DNA of 63,806 nt, counting the filler, from a bacterium (lineage in GTDB: Bacteria; CLD3; SB21): assembly GCA_013360215.1 (NCBI GenBank). It is 3 parts of 3 records of this genome, joined end to end, with 100 filler letters (N's around TTAATTAATTAA, not from the genome) between each part and the next. Parts side by side here need not be neighbours in the genome. Positions count along the whole stretch, not along the records: positions 1 to 28,331 come from JABWCP010000035.1; 2 more parts are not named here. One strand, given 5' to 3'. Of the stretch, positions 7,549 through 18,809 are shown piece by piece; position 1 is the first letter of the stretch; every line of letters starts with the position of its first letter. The position numbers were made by a program, and so were the translations under genes. The notes below the pieces were generated by a model, which worked only from the letters and a program-made list of their open reading frames with translations, did not search any database and was not told the origin of the DNA.

Positions 7549-8769
7549 ATGCGTTTATTTTTGTCTGACTGGGTCTTACCCGTGGTGTCCCCACCGATTC
7601 GCTATGGCGGCGTTGTTACAGATCAAGGAAAAATAATCGCCGTAGGTGAAGCTTCTACACTTCAAGATAAATTTCCTTCCATCGAAGTCGAACGGATGAC
7701 AAATACGGTAATCATGCCGGGTTTGGTCAATTCGCACACCCACATCGAACTGTCAATGATGAAAGACGCCATTCCTGATGGACTTCCTTTTGCTGAATGG
7801 GTGTACCGTGCTATCACGGGACGTTTTACTTATACAACTGAAGCTATTCGGGATGCAGCATCGCTAGCTGTACAAAGTATGATCCAAAACGGCACTGTGG
7901 CTGTAGGCGATATCGCCAATAATTCCGATATTTCACAACCGCTTTTAGAAAACTCCACGATGTGGGCTGTTATCTTTCACGAAGCAACGGGGTTTCAGTC
8001 GGCTGTAGCACAGGAAAAATTTACCGAATTTTCCCGTAAAGCATGGCAGCCCGGCACAGAACGCGTGCGTCATGCGTTGGCCCCGCATGCGCCATACTCA
8101 GTATCACGCGCACTATTTTCCGAAATTCGCGCATTCAATCGTAGCGGCCGTCTGACAACGATGCATTTGGCAGAATCGCACGATGAGGTGGTCTTTATAC
8201 GAACCGGCGAGGGTCCGATGCGGGAAATGATCGAAAAACTCGGGCGGTGGGATGATACGTGGGAAGCGCCCAAAACCACACCTGTAAAATACGCCCACGC
8301 TTTGGGTATGCTGATGCCGGGTATGCTGGCTGTGCATGTAGTGCACACGGATGATGAAGATATTCAACTGATGAAACAATATCACATCTCGGTATGCACA
8401 TGCCCGCGAAGCAATGTAAAAATCAATGTCGGCGGAACGGCGCCGATCAGAAAATATCTCGATGCGGGAATCAATGTATGCATCGGCACGGACAGTTTGG
8501 CAAGTAATGATGATCTGGATGTGTGGAACGAAATGCATGCTTTGCAAAAACAGCATGCCTCTGTGAAACCAGAAGAAATAGTTCGTATCGCTACGTTCAA
8601 CGGCGCCAAAGCCCTAAGTCTTGATAATGTGATCGGCACGATCGAAACCGGGAAAGCCGACGCCCTCATTGCGGTGACTTCACGCGAATCCGTGTCGGAA
8701 CCGTACGGTTTCCTGACCGGCGGAAAATCGACGTTTGACTCAGTACGACCGTTGTTCGCCCATTCTTGA
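7549..8769 (+). CDS. Metal-dependent amidohydrolase (aminofutalosine/SAH deaminase-like)
   Basis: PGLVNSHTH, HAPYS, HLAES, CPRSN, GTDS and GK.AD motifs. Confidence 0.88.
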   Translation: MRLFLSDWVLPVVSPPIRYGGVVTDQGKIIAVGEASTLQDKFPSIEVERMTNTVIMPGLVNSHTHIELSMMKDAIPDGLPFAEWVYRAITGRFTYTTEAIRDAASLAVQSMIQNGTVAVGDIANNSDISQPLLENSTMWAVIFHEATGFQSAVAQEKFTEFSRKAWQPGTERVRHALAPHAPYSVSRALFSEIRAFNRSGRLTTMHLAESHDEVVFIRTGEGPMREMIEKLGRWDDTWEAPKTTPVKYAHALGMLMPGMLAVHVVHTDDEDIQLMKQYHISVCTCPRSNVKINVGGTAPIRKYLDAGINVCIGTDSLASNDDLDVWNEMHALQKQHASVKPEEIVRIATFNGAKALSLDNVIGTIETGKADALIAVTSRESVSEPYGFLTGGKSTFDSVRPLFAHS

Positions 8770-8820
8770 TCGGTGTATTTTTTTTGCATAGATTGTGGCA
8801 ATCGAAAGGTGATTTTATTT

Positions 8821-9840
8821 ATGATGATTGTAGTGATGCATCGCGATGCATCGGTTTCGGATATTTCGACCGTCCTGCATATTATCGAAGAGAGCGGTTG
8901 CACGGCGCATGTCAGCAAAGCGGAAGAAAAAACCGTCGTCGGTGTTGTCGGCGATGATCGCGGTATCGTGAGTGAAAAAATTCAAACCTTACAAGGGGTT
9001 GAAAAAATATTTGCGACATCTAAACCGTACAAATTGGCCAGCCGTGAGTGGAAAAAAGAAAATACGCTGGTACGTGTAGGACAGGTTACATTCGGCGGTT
9101 CGGACGTCGTACTTATCGCCGGTCCCTGCGGCGTCGAAAGCGAGCAGCAAATTTTAGAAATAGCGCAGGCCGTCAAAGAAGCCGGGGCGCACATTTTGCG
9201 CGGAGGGGCGTTTAAGCCTCGCACTTCGCCATACAGCTTCCAAGGATTAGGTGAACGCGGTCTCGAATTGCTTGCTTTGGCGCGCGAAAAAACCGGTATG
9301 CCGATTGTGACTGAAGTGGTGACGCCCAATCAGGTCGAACTTGTCGCTAAATATGCCGATATGCTGCAGATCGGCGCACGCAATTCGCTTAATTATTCAC
9401 TTCTGCAAGAAGTCGGCAAAACTAATAAGCCTGTATTGCTCAAACGCGGCATGATGTCGCATCTGGAAGAATATATGATGTCGGCCGAATACATTTTAGC
9501 CAACGGTAATTATAACGTAGTATTGTGTGAACGCGGAATTCGTACGTTTGAAACGTCCACACGCAATACGATGGATATTGCTGCGATTCCCGTGCTTAAG
9601 TCGTGGACGCATCTTCCGGTGATAGCCGATCCGAGTCATGCCACCGGCAAACGTTCGCTGGTACAACCGGTAGCCAAAGCGGCCGTCGCCGCCGGTGCGG
9701 ACGGCCTCATGATCGAGGTGCACCATCATCCTGAACATGCCTTATCGGACGGTCCGCAAGCCGTACTGCCTGATGAATACGCCGCATTGGTTCGCCAATT
9801 GCGACAAATCAGTTCTGTACTCGGACGCTCGATCGCCTAA
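8821..9840 (+). CDS. aroF: DAHP synthase type I-beta with N-terminal regulatory domain
   Basis: [35 protein letters not shown] and DPSH motifs. Start reassigned to ATG 8821 after AAGGTG. Confidence 0.95.
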   Translation: MMIVVMHRDASVSDISTVLHIIEESGCTAHVSKAEEKTVVGVVGDDRGIVSEKIQTLQGVEKIFATSKPYKLASREWKKENTLVRVGQVTFGGSDVVLIAGPCGVESEQQILEIAQAVKEAGAHILRGGAFKPRTSPYSFQGLGERGLELLALAREKTGMPIVTEVVTPNQVELVAKYADMLQIGARNSLNYSLLQEVGKTNKPVLLKRGMMSHLEEYMMSAEYILANGNYNVVLCERGIRTFETSTRNTMDIAAIPVLKSWTHLPVIADPSHATGKRSLVQPVAKAAVAAGADGLMIEVHHHPEHALSDGPQAVLPDEYAALVRQLRQISSVLGRSIA

Positions 9841-9868
9841 ACGCAATTTATTTCATAACCGTTTGTTC

Positions 9869-10450
9869 ATGAAAGTATCCACCGTGACGACGCGTTATTC
9901 CCATCTTGAAGAATCTTCATTGTCGAGTGAAAAACTCGTGGACGGCCATCTGCTCAAGGCCTGGCGCGATGTCGTAAAGTTGCCCGACGGCAAAACAGGC
10001 ATTCGCGAATATATTCGCCACCCCGGCGCGGTGATCATGTTGCCGTTGTTTGAAAACGGTGATACCATGCTTATTCGTCAATTTCGATTTCCACCGAAAA
10101 AAATATTTTGGGAGTTGCCGGCCGGTAAATTAGACGGACCGGAAGATCCGCTGGTGGCAGCGCAGCGCGAACTGATCGAAGAAACAGGATGGTCGGCTTC
10201 GCACTGGACGCGCGTCGGCTCGTTTTATCCCTGCATCGGATACAGCGATGAGCGAATGATCTTGTATATCGCCGAAGATCTCACACCGGCGGAGTCCGCA
10301 CATGATGACGACGAATTTATCGAACGGTTTCGTATGCCGCTCGGCGATGCATTGCAAAAAGTATGGTCCGGAGAAATAGATGATATGAAAACCATAGCCG
10401 CGCTTTTGCTGGCCGAACATACGCTACGCAACAACTCTAAAACGAGGTGA
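9869..10450 (+). CDS. nudF: Nudix hydrolase (ADP-ribose pyrophosphatase)
   Basis: Nudix box GKLDGPEDPLVAAQRELIEETG, plus HPGAV, RQFR and D.KT. Confidence 0.88.
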   Translation: MKVSTVTTRYSHLEESSLSSEKLVDGHLLKAWRDVVKLPDGKTGIREYIRHPGAVIMLPLFENGDTMLIRQFRFPPKKIFWELPAGKLDGPEDPLVAAQRELIEETGWSASHWTRVGSFYPCIGYSDERMILYIAEDLTPAESAHDDDEFIERFRMPLGDALQKVWSGEIDDMKTIAALLLAEHTLRNNSKTR

Positions 10451-10453
10451 TGT

Positions 10454-11251
10454 ATGGGTACATTTGACCGCGATGACAAAGAAGGTTGGCGCGAACGGGA
10501 AGGTGATGAAGAAGAACCTTGGAAAAAAGCACACGAAAACTGGAAAAACGATTCCCGCTTATCCGATGATGTTCCGGCTACCCGCGAAACCTCTCCGTTT
10601 TGGACAGAAGAACGCTGGGAACATTTTATTCAGGAAACAGACAAAGACGGGCTTCAGGTTATCAAGTACTACGAACGGTACTGGAATCATCAGGATCGTG
10701 ATGTCATGGTCGAAAACGCTATGGCACTTCATTACGTACGGGAAGCGTTCAAGCATATCCATCCGGAAAATCATAAATCTTTTTACGTGCATTATTTTTT
10801 AGAACCGGAATGTGCTTTGATGAAACTGCCGGTGCAAAGCAGCGGTCATTTTCTTGAAGCGAAATTGCGAACGGTGTCTGATATTCAGGCGTACCGGTTA
10901 GCGCGTGATTTCGCGCGGTTTGCATACCGTTGGCTAAAAGATCTGCCGGATGAATTGCGAATGGAAAAAGTCTCAGAAAGTTTTACTTCCAATATACTCA
11001 ATGTTTGCACCAAACTTTCCGGCGGCCATGTGATGGGATACCAACCGTGGACGATGGGCGGTCAAATCGTATTGACCAAACGCGCATTACGTTCGATCAA
11101 TCGCTGTATGGAAATTCTTTTTACCGTCAAAGATCAGTGGGCGCTGGATTACGATCAGTATCTGCAGCTAGACGAAATCGGTCTCGAAACACGCGGTGCC
11201 GTAGCGTTGCGTCTTCAGGACTTGCGTGAACAATTCAAATCGTCTTTTTAG
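10454..11251 (+). CDS. Hypothetical protein, C-terminal half resembling a four-helix bundle
   Basis: GAGG RBS and host-like codon usage. Acidic N-terminus, helical C-terminus. Confidence 0.65.
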   Translation: MGTFDRDDKEGWREREGDEEEPWKKAHENWKNDSRLSDDVPATRETSPFWTEERWEHFIQETDKDGLQVIKYYERYWNHQDRDVMVENAMALHYVREAFKHIHPENHKSFYVHYFLEPECALMKLPVQSSGHFLEAKLRTVSDIQAYRLARDFARFAYRWLKDLPDELRMEKVSESFTSNILNVCTKLSGGHVMGYQPWTMGGQIVLTKRALRSINRCMEILFTVKDQWALDYDQYLQLDEIGLETRGAVALRLQDLREQFKSSF

Positions 11252-12929
11252 AAATTTCAATCAATTGTCCCTCATCCAGTTCAAACATCCGATCTGCCCA
11301 CTGGCGCACGGCCGGGCGGTGGGAGACGATGATTCGCGTTTTATCTGAAAATAAACGGGTCATCGTTTCGAGAAGTGCTTTTTCAGTCGCCTCATCCAAA
11401 GCCGATGTGGCTTCATCCAAAAGTAAAATTTCCGGTTTACGCAAAACAATGCGTGCCAAAGCAAGCCGCTGACGTTCACCGCCGGACATGGTCCATCCTT
11501 TTTCTCCGATGATGGTATCCAAACCGTCAGGTAATGTTTTAATCCATGCGTGCAGTTGAACATGCATGAGCGCTTCGATCACTTGTTCATCGCTGACATG
11601 AATTTGATCGTACACGACATTGTCTCTTACCGTTGCATGCATGATCAGCGGTTCTTGTGTCATGAGCCCGAAAAGTTTTGCACGTGTAGCGTGCGAAATT
11701 TGTGTTACAGGGATACCGTCAAGCGTGATGCGGCCGCGTTGTGGCGCGTACAAACCGATGATCAAATCCAAAATAGTGCTTTTACCGGCGCCGGTTTTGC
11801 CTGTGATGACAATGCACTCGCCCCTCCGAATAGTTATATTCACTTTATTTAAAATCGCGGTGGTGCGATGTGCAAAACAAGTTTCTTCCAAACAAAGTGC
11901 GTTCGTGAAAGAAGTGTTATCTTTCGTCGGTGATGTTTCTTCGGACGGCGTAATCGGTTTGTTTTTGTATTCGTCCCACAACGTACGGGCTTCGGATAAA
12001 AACATACGCCCGCGTGCGATATGCCGCGCCGGATCAATGATCGAGAACGCGGCGGCGATAAATAATACAAAACCGCCGGGACCATACATAAATTCGCCTT
12101 CCATCGTCCATGAGCCAATCGTCAAAAGGAGCGTTACACCCACGCCCACACCGGCCATTTCTACCGCGGCCAGTACGATCGCTTGCAACCGATCACGACG
12201 GGTTGCCGCATCGCTCCGACGGTGTTCCAGTGATGAAAAACGTTTCGCTTCGTACACGGCGCTGTGAAATAGTCGAATCAATTTGAAAGCTTGCAGCTTA
12301 TGCCAGACATCCGACTGGATTTCGGATTCGCGCTCGTGTAAAAAAAGCGTCCATCGTGCTGTGTATTTTTGCAAGCGATGTTGCAATAACGTAATACCCG
12401 GAATCAATACAAGGCTCAATAAGGTGATCTTCCAGCTGAGTATAAAAAGCACTACGGAATAGAGTACAAGTAAAGGAAAATGCTGGCAAAGAGAAAAAAT
12501 CCATTGCATCCATGCGCGTACCATAGTTTCAGATGTGGTGATCAGGCGGTGATGCATCGCGCCGTGATTTTCTGCGAGAAATGCGCCGTAAGGCATGCGC
12601 AGCAGTTCATGTATTCGAAATTCGCGAAGCGCTGTGATAAGTTTTTGTTGTAACCGTGCGCCGATGGATTGGAATGCGATGTAGGCGAAGTTTTTTATTA
12701 AAAAAACAGCAAAAGTCGCCCCGCATAATATCCATAAAGCGGTGGTGCGATCTATGACGGGAAAAGAAATAAGCGGTGTAAGGGGAGTATGCGGACTGAA
12801 AACGAGATTGACGAACGGCATAACGATAGCCACACTGACAACCGAGCTCAACGCATATACGGTAGCCCAAAATACAAAGGCTAAATACGATGACAGGTAA
12901 GGGCTAATAAAAAAACGATACATGATCAC
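11235..12929 (-). CDS. ABC transporter permease/ATP-binding fusion (MsbA-like)
   Basis: TM domain, then GKTGAGKST, MSGGERQR, LLLDEATSALD and VSHR. Confidence 0.93.
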   Translation of the reverse strand: MIMYRFFISPYLSSYLAFVFWATVYALSSVVSVAIVMPFVNLVFSPHTPLTPLISFPVIDRTTALWILCGATFAVFLIKNFAYIAFQSIGARLQQKLITALREFRIHELLRMPYGAFLAENHGAMHHRLITTSETMVRAWMQWIFSLCQHFPLLVLYSVVLFILSWKITLLSLVLIPGITLLQHRLQKYTARWTLFLHERESEIQSDVWHKLQAFKLIRLFHSAVYEAKRFSSLEHRRSDAATRRDRLQAIVLAAVEMAGVGVGVTLLLTIGSWTMEGEFMYGPGGFVLFIAAAFSIIDPARHIARGRMFLSEARTLWDEYKNKPITPSEETSPTKDNTSFTNALCLEETCFAHRTTAILNKVNITIRRGECIVITGKTGAGKSTILDLIIGLYAPQRGRITLDGIPVTQISHATRAKLFGLMTQEPLIMHATVRDNVVYDQIHVSDEQVIEALMHVQLHAWIKTLPDGLDTIIGEKGWTMSGGERQRLALARIVLRKPEILLLDEATSALDEATEKALLETMTRLFSDKTRIIVSHRPAVRQWADRMFELDEGQLIEISKKTI

Positions 12930-15382
12930 ACGATACGAATCACGATCATGGTCATATCGTCATGCTGCGGATGCTGTCCCACAAAACTACGAATCTCCTT
13001 TTGCAGCGCATCAATCATGGCAGACGAATTTTGGCCTGATACGTTGAGTAACGTTTGTTGAAGTCGTGCCTCGCCGAATTCTTCACCATGTTTGTTCATG
13101 GCCTCAGAGAAACCATCCGTAAAAAATACGAAGACATCGCCGGAGGAAAAAGCTATCGTGGTTTCTTTGAGCTTTTCTGCAAACGTATCGTTTTGCGTCA
13201 AGCCGATAGCCATGCCGTCCGGTACGAGCGAATCCATCTGCGAAGCACCGTTGCGTAAACGATACACGGGGTTATGACCGGCGCGCGCGATCGTGACAGT
13301 GTTTTTGGAGAAATCAAAAATACCATACACCATACTGATAAAACGGCCGCGCTCTACCTGCGTGCAAAAAATATGATTGACCCGTTCTAAAGTTTCACGC
13401 GCCGAATGACTGGTGATCGGCGCTTGTGTTTGCAAAATGCCTTTGACCAATGTCATATAAAAAGCGGCCGAAACGCCTTTGCCGGCGACATCCCCGATGA
13501 CCACGCCAAGTTTATTTTTATCGTCAAACGCTACAAAATCATAATAGTCTCCGCCGACTTCATGGGCGGGTTCGCATAGACAAGCTATATCGCAGCGATC
13601 GTTGACCGGTACGGTGCGCGCGAGCAGTTTGGTCTGAATCGTTCGTGCGATTTCAAATTCGCGATTCATGCGCTGCTTGGATTCCATTTCTTTGACGTAT
13701 TCCGGGACATAGTCCAGCGTATCGTCGCCACTGTCACGGCTCCACAGCGCGATGAGCGCGAGTGTCAGAAACGAACATAAATAGACGCCGACGATCACCA
13801 TGCCAGGAATGTCCGATGTGTAATACAAAAAACCGGATTCGGAAATAAGGTAGGCCAGGCTAGCTGATACGGACAACGTCAGAAAATCGTAATATAATAA
13901 AATCGTACCGTAAATGATCCCTATCAATAAACCGACAAGAAGACGCGGTTCCCACGGTGAAACGGTATCAAAAATGTATGGCTGCAAAATGCCGACCAAT
14001 GCAGCTATGCCGATGACGGCGGCCGGGTTTTTCCAGCGCTTGCGAAGAGCGGACAGCGGAAGCAGGTAAAACAAATGATGGTGTATGAGAACGGTCCATA
14101 TCGAAGCGCCGATCAAAAACAAGGCCCCGTATCCGTCGTATTTGTCCGTACTTTTGGTGTTAAGTAGAAACGAAGTGCCTGGCATAAAATACAGAATAAG
14201 TGTGATAGCGCCAATCGTAATGCCTGTCCATGCCATACCGAGTGTTAAACTGCGGCCCCAGCGACGATTGATTATTTTACCGCGACGAATAGCTTCGAAA
14301 GTACGATAACTTTCAGGCCAAAAGCGATATACTTCCGAAGCGGTCACGGCAATAATACCTGTCGTCATGATAAAGTACCAACCGCCGGCAATTAACACGA
14401 CAAAGGAAAGTGTCCAAAAACCGGAGGCTAGTAGCTGTACGCCGATCATCAATGCAAAGCTGACGGCACTGAGAATACCAAAAAAACTTCCGACTTTAAA
14501 ATCAATGGCGCCGCGTTTGAACTGACGAAAGAATAACACAACGACCATAAGGGAGAATAAAATAAAAAAGATCATGCCCAGCGTGTTGGTCGTTTCACGT
14601 TCCCATCGATTTTCCGGATCAATAAACCCGGCTGGATAAAGCCATTCGCGTTCAAAATTAGCAATACGGTAATTTTCAATGCGAAGCTTCACGCGTTCGT
14701 ATACTTCATCCGTCGGAGCAATGCCGGTAAAAACAAACTCCATCACCGGTTTTTTCCCCGTGATCGAACCTTGCACATCGGATTCTCTGAAATCATCCGG
14801 TGAGCGCCCCGCCCATTGACGCAAAAATTCGCGTGCCATGCGCCGTGCACTGTCCAGGTCAAATCCTTCGGTTGCGGCTAAGGATGGATGCGTGGTTTCC
14901 AAATCCGTTACGGGTGAAGTATCCTGTTTTGCTTTGGTATAACGATAGCCGACGATATTCCCCAGGCGATCAAGTTCGATCAAGACGCGTTCGGTTTTTG
15001 CAGAAGAGTTCCCTTCGGTACGTCCGCCGAATTGGATATTAACTTCATCAATACGTAACCATTCCAACTGTCGGGTATACACCAATGATTTGTTGCGCAG
15101 GTGTTTGTTGGCTTGTTCCAGACCGAATTTTTCCTGAAGGTATTCGAGTTGTTTTTGGTTAACTCGGATACTGGCACGCAAAGTGAGCGAATCCATAGAG
15201 CGCGGTGCTTTGGCCCATCCGCTGCTCATCCACTGCTGTGACTTGGCTATGGCGGCTTCTTCACTGATCATGCCGCGCATGGCCGATTCCGGATAGACTT
15301 TGGGATAAAGTAGTATAAAGACAACTAAGCCGATAACACCGGCTATGATGATAATCCAATCTTTAACGGATAACGTTCTCAT
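12926..15382 (-). CDS. Membrane-bound PP2C/SpoIIE (RsbU-like) phosphatase
   Basis: Multiple TMs, then VGGDYYD, GDVAGKG, AGHNP, FTDG and DDMT. Confidence 0.92.
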   Translation of the reverse strand: MRTLSVKDWIIIIAGVIGLVVFILLYPKVYPESAMRGMISEEAAIAKSQQWMSSGWAKAPRSMDSLTLRASIRVNQKQLEYLQEKFGLEQANKHLRNKSLVYTRQLEWLRIDEVNIQFGGRTEGNSSAKTERVLIELDRLGNIVGYRYTKAKQDTSPVTDLETTHPSLAATEGFDLDSARRMAREFLRQWAGRSPDDFRESDVQGSITGKKPVMEFVFTGIAPTDEVYERVKLRIENYRIANFEREWLYPAGFIDPENRWERETTNTLGMIFFILFSLMVVVLFFRQFKRGAIDFKVGSFFGILSAVSFALMIGVQLLASGFWTLSFVVLIAGGWYFIMTTGIIAVTASEVYRFWPESYRTFEAIRRGKIINRRWGRSLTLGMAWTGITIGAITLILYFMPGTSFLLNTKSTDKYDGYGALFLIGASIWTVLIHHHLFYLLPLSALRKRWKNPAAVIGIAALVGILQPYIFDTVSPWEPRLLVGLLIGIIYGTILLYYDFLTLSVSASLAYLISESGFLYYTSDIPGMVIVGVYLCSFLTLALIALWSRDSGDDTLDYVPEYVKEMESKQRMNREFEIARTIQTKLLARTVPVNDRCDIACLCEPAHEVGGDYYDFVAFDDKNKLGVVIGDVAGKGVSAAFYMTLVKGILQTQAPITSHSARETLERVNHIFCTQVERGRFISMVYGIFDFSKNTVTIARAGHNPVYRLRNGASQMDSLVPDGMAIGLTQNDTFAEKLKETTIAFSSGDVFVFFTDGFSEAMNKHGEEFGEARLQQTLLNVSGQNSSAMIDALQKEIRSFVGQHPQHDDMTMIVIRIV

Positions 15383-16791
15383 GCCACAGGCTCCCCGGGA
15401 TGCGATTGAAATTTACGAATCAGATACCATGTGAAATGGATGATCATGACGGCGTAAAACGGAATGTATTGCCAGAGTTTGATTTCAGGTCGTTCATACC
15501 AATGTGCGCCAAATAACGAGCCGACCAATGTATCGTACGACATAAATACCAAACCGGTAAAAAGCACCCAGGCCGGATTGGGATAAAAACATAAAAAAGG
15601 AATAATCCAAATCACGTACCATGGATGTACGGTCGGACTCACTATGAGGATGGCAGCGATGATCAAAAACGCATAATATATACGGCGTTTTGTCTGTACC
15701 GCATACGATTTGGTAAAATTGATCCCGTACAATATCATAATAAATAAAGTGAGGCTTATTCCTATCGTTAGGCGCGCCGCAAGCCGTGCGGGGTTGTCCG
15801 TAGAAATACCCCAGGCTGTCGTGAGGGATGAATCCAAGCGTGTTTTAAAAAAATTTTCCACGACGGTGTATAACGATGCATTGAATTCCCATGTTTCAGA
15901 AAAAATCTTAAGCGAACCAAACTTAATCGCATCCACATCTGAATAACCAGTATATAATAATAATACCGTACCTGCAAAGATCGCCGTTATGGCTAATACA
16001 TTTTTCCACCGCGAACGTATATCTTCCATAAATGGGAGCAAGGGCAGTGTGAGATATTTGGTGCAGAAGGACAAAGCTAACGGCAGAGCGGATAAAATCG
16101 TTTTTTCACGCAGGGAAAACCAAAACGCAAGGAGCATAAAAAATATACCGATGGCGTCCATGTGCCCGTTGCCTGAAAATTCAATGATCGCCAGAGGATT
16201 CCATGCATATACCGCGATCCAACCCAACGGTAACTCGAAGTGACGGAGCAACGCCATGATGAGAAAAATAATGCCGATATCAAACAACAGAACCATCAGC
16301 TTCATTGCAAGAACGGACTCGGATATCCAGGATGTAATGCGAAATAAAACCTGTGCCGCCGGAGGATAAATGGTTTGTAATTCTTTATGATTGATTTGGG
16401 GGTAAATCACACTATCGCGAATGCCATACAGATTTCCCGACTCCGGCGCATAAGCGTAAGGGTTAACGGCGTGATTAGATACACGGCCGTCCCAAATATA
16501 GCGGTATATATCGTCCGACAAAACCGGATCGGAAAATAGCAATGTCAATCGAAACACGATCGCCGTTCCAATAATCCACTCCGGTGAAAAAAAAGTTTTA
16601 CCCCAATAAAAGCGCACATACAACACCGTCAGCAGGTAAATTCCGAATGCGATGCCGAAATGCCAATAAAGCGACTCGAAGTCATTGCGTAATGAAGTGA
16701 TGCCCGAAATGCGAACCATGCAAAATTCGATCGCGGCGGCAAAAATAAAAAGTAACGGAAAAGTAAAACGGGATAAAAACGAGGATAACAT
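15379..16791 (-). CDS. GT-C glycosyltransferase (GT87/DUF2029-like)
   Basis: SDDIYRYIWDG, NPY, TIYPP, AWNP, GH.D and HPWY motifs. Start placed at ATG 16791 to avoid overlap with the divergent gene. Confidence 0.82.
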   Translation of the reverse strand: MLSSFLSRFTFPLLFIFAAAIEFCMVRISGITSLRNDFESLYWHFGIAFGIYLLTVLYVRFYWGKTFFSPEWIIGTAIVFRLTLLFSDPVLSDDIYRYIWDGRVSNHAVNPYAYAPESGNLYGIRDSVIYPQINHKELQTIYPPAAQVLFRITSWISESVLAMKLMVLLFDIGIIFLIMALLRHFELPLGWIAVYAWNPLAIIEFSGNGHMDAIGIFFMLLAFWFSLREKTILSALPLALSFCTKYLTLPLLPFMEDIRSRWKNVLAITAIFAGTVLLLYTGYSDVDAIKFGSLKIFSETWEFNASLYTVVENFFKTRLDSSLTTAWGISTDNPARLAARLTIGISLTLFIMILYGINFTKSYAVQTKRRIYYAFLIIAAILIVSPTVHPWYVIWIIPFLCFYPNPAWVLFTGLVFMSYDTLVGSLFGAHWYERPEIKLWQYIPFYAVMIIHFTWYLIRKFQSHPGEPVA

Positions 16792-16875
16792 AAAGGCGTT
16801 GTCTTCTAAGGCAAGAGGTTGTAATTTGTCGGGCAATTTAAGAAACAGACTCCGAAAGGCAAATAGTAAATTCCC

Positions 16876-18537
16876 ATGATCAGCAATCACCACAGCATCG
16901 CACGTTGGGTCATGGAAGCACGCTCCGTATTGGTATCCGCGCGTATCATGGAGATTTTTTGTCAGCAAAAAAATCTTTTACAGATCGGATTGGTTACACC
17001 TTCCCGTCAGTCATTGGTTTTGGAAATATACTGCGACCGTCAACCGTATATCGTTTGGCGTTCTAGTTATTCGCGCAAAAACAAAAATTCGATGGATCTT
17101 TTTCCAATGATGATTGGTCTTCACATCCGCGACATTGTCATGGACAATACCGACCGACGGGTGATTCTATCCTTTGAAAATGGTTGTCGTTTGGTAGCAC
17201 AATTCTATGGATCGGCGAATGTGTGGGCGACGGATGCATCGGGTGTAATAACCGGATCGTTTAAAAATGAGCGCGCGGTGCACGAATCGTCCATGAAAAT
17301 AGAGCCGGGTGGGGCAGATATGCGGCGGTACACGCAGGATGCCGTGGATGTGTTTGAAAGTGTGGCGCTTTTCCGTGAAGCGTTATCCGGCGGATTTGGA
17401 CATTTGAATAAAATTCTGACGCTTGAGTTTTTGCACGCTGCATCATTAAGCGATATAACAACGGCACGCGAAGCATGGCGAAACTTTATCAATGCGATCT
17501 ATGACGGTGCGCCGCGTATTTATACCGACCATGGCGATTTGAAGTATTTTTCATTGTTGCCGCTGACGCATCACCTGGGGCGAAACCCGCATTGGAAAGA
17601 AGAATTATTTACGTCAGTTAATGATGCGTTCTTAGCCTATGTCCAGTTGCGCTTCTTTGCTGAACGTCTTCAGAAAAAACGAGAAGATCTGCTTCGCGCG
17701 AGCCGCCAGCGGATTAAGAAAAACGAACATTTGATCATGGCGCTGCAAGAAGATGCCGAAAAGGCTGCGACGTTTGCGGCGTACGAACAAAAAGCGCATC
17801 TTTTGAATATTCATTTGCGTGACGTGCATCGGGGAATGGATAAAATAGTCGTTACCGATGTGTATGATGAGGCGCAAAATGAAATCGAAATAAAGCTCGA
17901 TCCGATTTTATCGCCGCAAGCCAATGTTGAAAAATACTTTGCGCAATCCAAAAAACTCAAACAGTCTGTGGTGAAAATCGCCGAACGCATCCTTACGATC
18001 GGGAAAGAAAATGATACTTTACGGCAAATCGAAGCGCAATTTGCCGATGCGCATGCGATAGATCGAAAAGCGTTAGAAAAAAAATACGATGAATTTGTAC
18101 GTAACGGTTGGATCAAAAAAACAGAATCCTCCAAACCGACGCGCGCCGCGGATCAGGAAATGCCCGTTTTTCGCGAATTTCGGGTGCATGGCAACTGGCG
18201 GGTTTTTGTCGGACAGAATGATATTAAAAACGACGCACTGACGTTTCGTTTCGCAAAAAAAGATGACTTATGGTTTCACGCGCGGGGCGTGGCGGGTTCG
18301 CATGTCGTACTCAAACGCGACGGACGCTCGGATAATCCGGGCCAACGTGCAATCGAAGCCGCCGCTCAGATTGCTGCGTTTTTCAGCAAAGCCAAAACGT
18401 CATCGCTGGTGCCGGTCGCGTACACGGAACGAAAATATCTTCGCAAACCCAAAGGCGCCAAACCCGGTATGGTTGTGCTTGAACGGGAAGAAGTTTTAAT
18501 GGTGCCGCCGGTGGAGCCCCGCGAAATAGCCGTCTGA
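16876..18537 (+). CDS. rqcH: Ribosome quality-control factor RqcH (NFACT/FbpA family)
   Basis: Coiled coil with LDP.LSPQAN.EKYF. NFACT-R domain VGQND..ND, DLWFH, GSHV, RKPKGAKPG.V. Confidence 0.88.
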   Translation: MISNHHSIARWVMEARSVLVSARIMEIFCQQKNLLQIGLVTPSRQSLVLEIYCDRQPYIVWRSSYSRKNKNSMDLFPMMIGLHIRDIVMDNTDRRVILSFENGCRLVAQFYGSANVWATDASGVITGSFKNERAVHESSMKIEPGGADMRRYTQDAVDVFESVALFREALSGGFGHLNKILTLEFLHAASLSDITTAREAWRNFINAIYDGAPRIYTDHGDLKYFSLLPLTHHLGRNPHWKEELFTSVNDAFLAYVQLRFFAERLQKKREDLLRASRQRIKKNEHLIMALQEDAEKAATFAAYEQKAHLLNIHLRDVHRGMDKIVVTDVYDEAQNEIEIKLDPILSPQANVEKYFAQSKKLKQSVVKIAERILTIGKENDTLRQIEAQFADAHAIDRKALEKKYDEFVRNGWIKKTESSKPTRAADQEMPVFREFRVHGNWRVFVGQNDIKNDALTFRFAKKDDLWFHARGVAGSHVVLKRDGRSDNPGQRAIEAAAQIAAFFSKAKTSSLVPVAYTERKYLRKPKGAKPGMVVLEREEVLMVPPVEPREIAV

Positions 18538-18809
18538 TTTATGGCGGCCTAAGCGAATATTTTTTTGTAAAATCTCTGTTAGTTTTATTCCTCCGATTGT
18601 ATTAAATTGAAGTGCTTCTTTAAAAGACCACAAGCCTGCTATGCAGCGCGTTATTCAAATATTTCCCGATCAGCCGTCACCCCTATCTAGCGACGCTATT
18701 AAAAAATACGTGCGTTGCTGCACCGTCGCGTTTTTTAGTCGCGGTAAGTTGCGGTATGTTTGTCCGCATACCGACGGGGTTTATTACATTTTACAGTGGA
18801 GAAATATCT

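Noticed and set aside
11235-12929. ABC transporter as the exporter of the candidate RiPP
   Set aside because: It has no C39 peptidase domain, has host-like composition, lies 8 kb away and is coupled to other genes.
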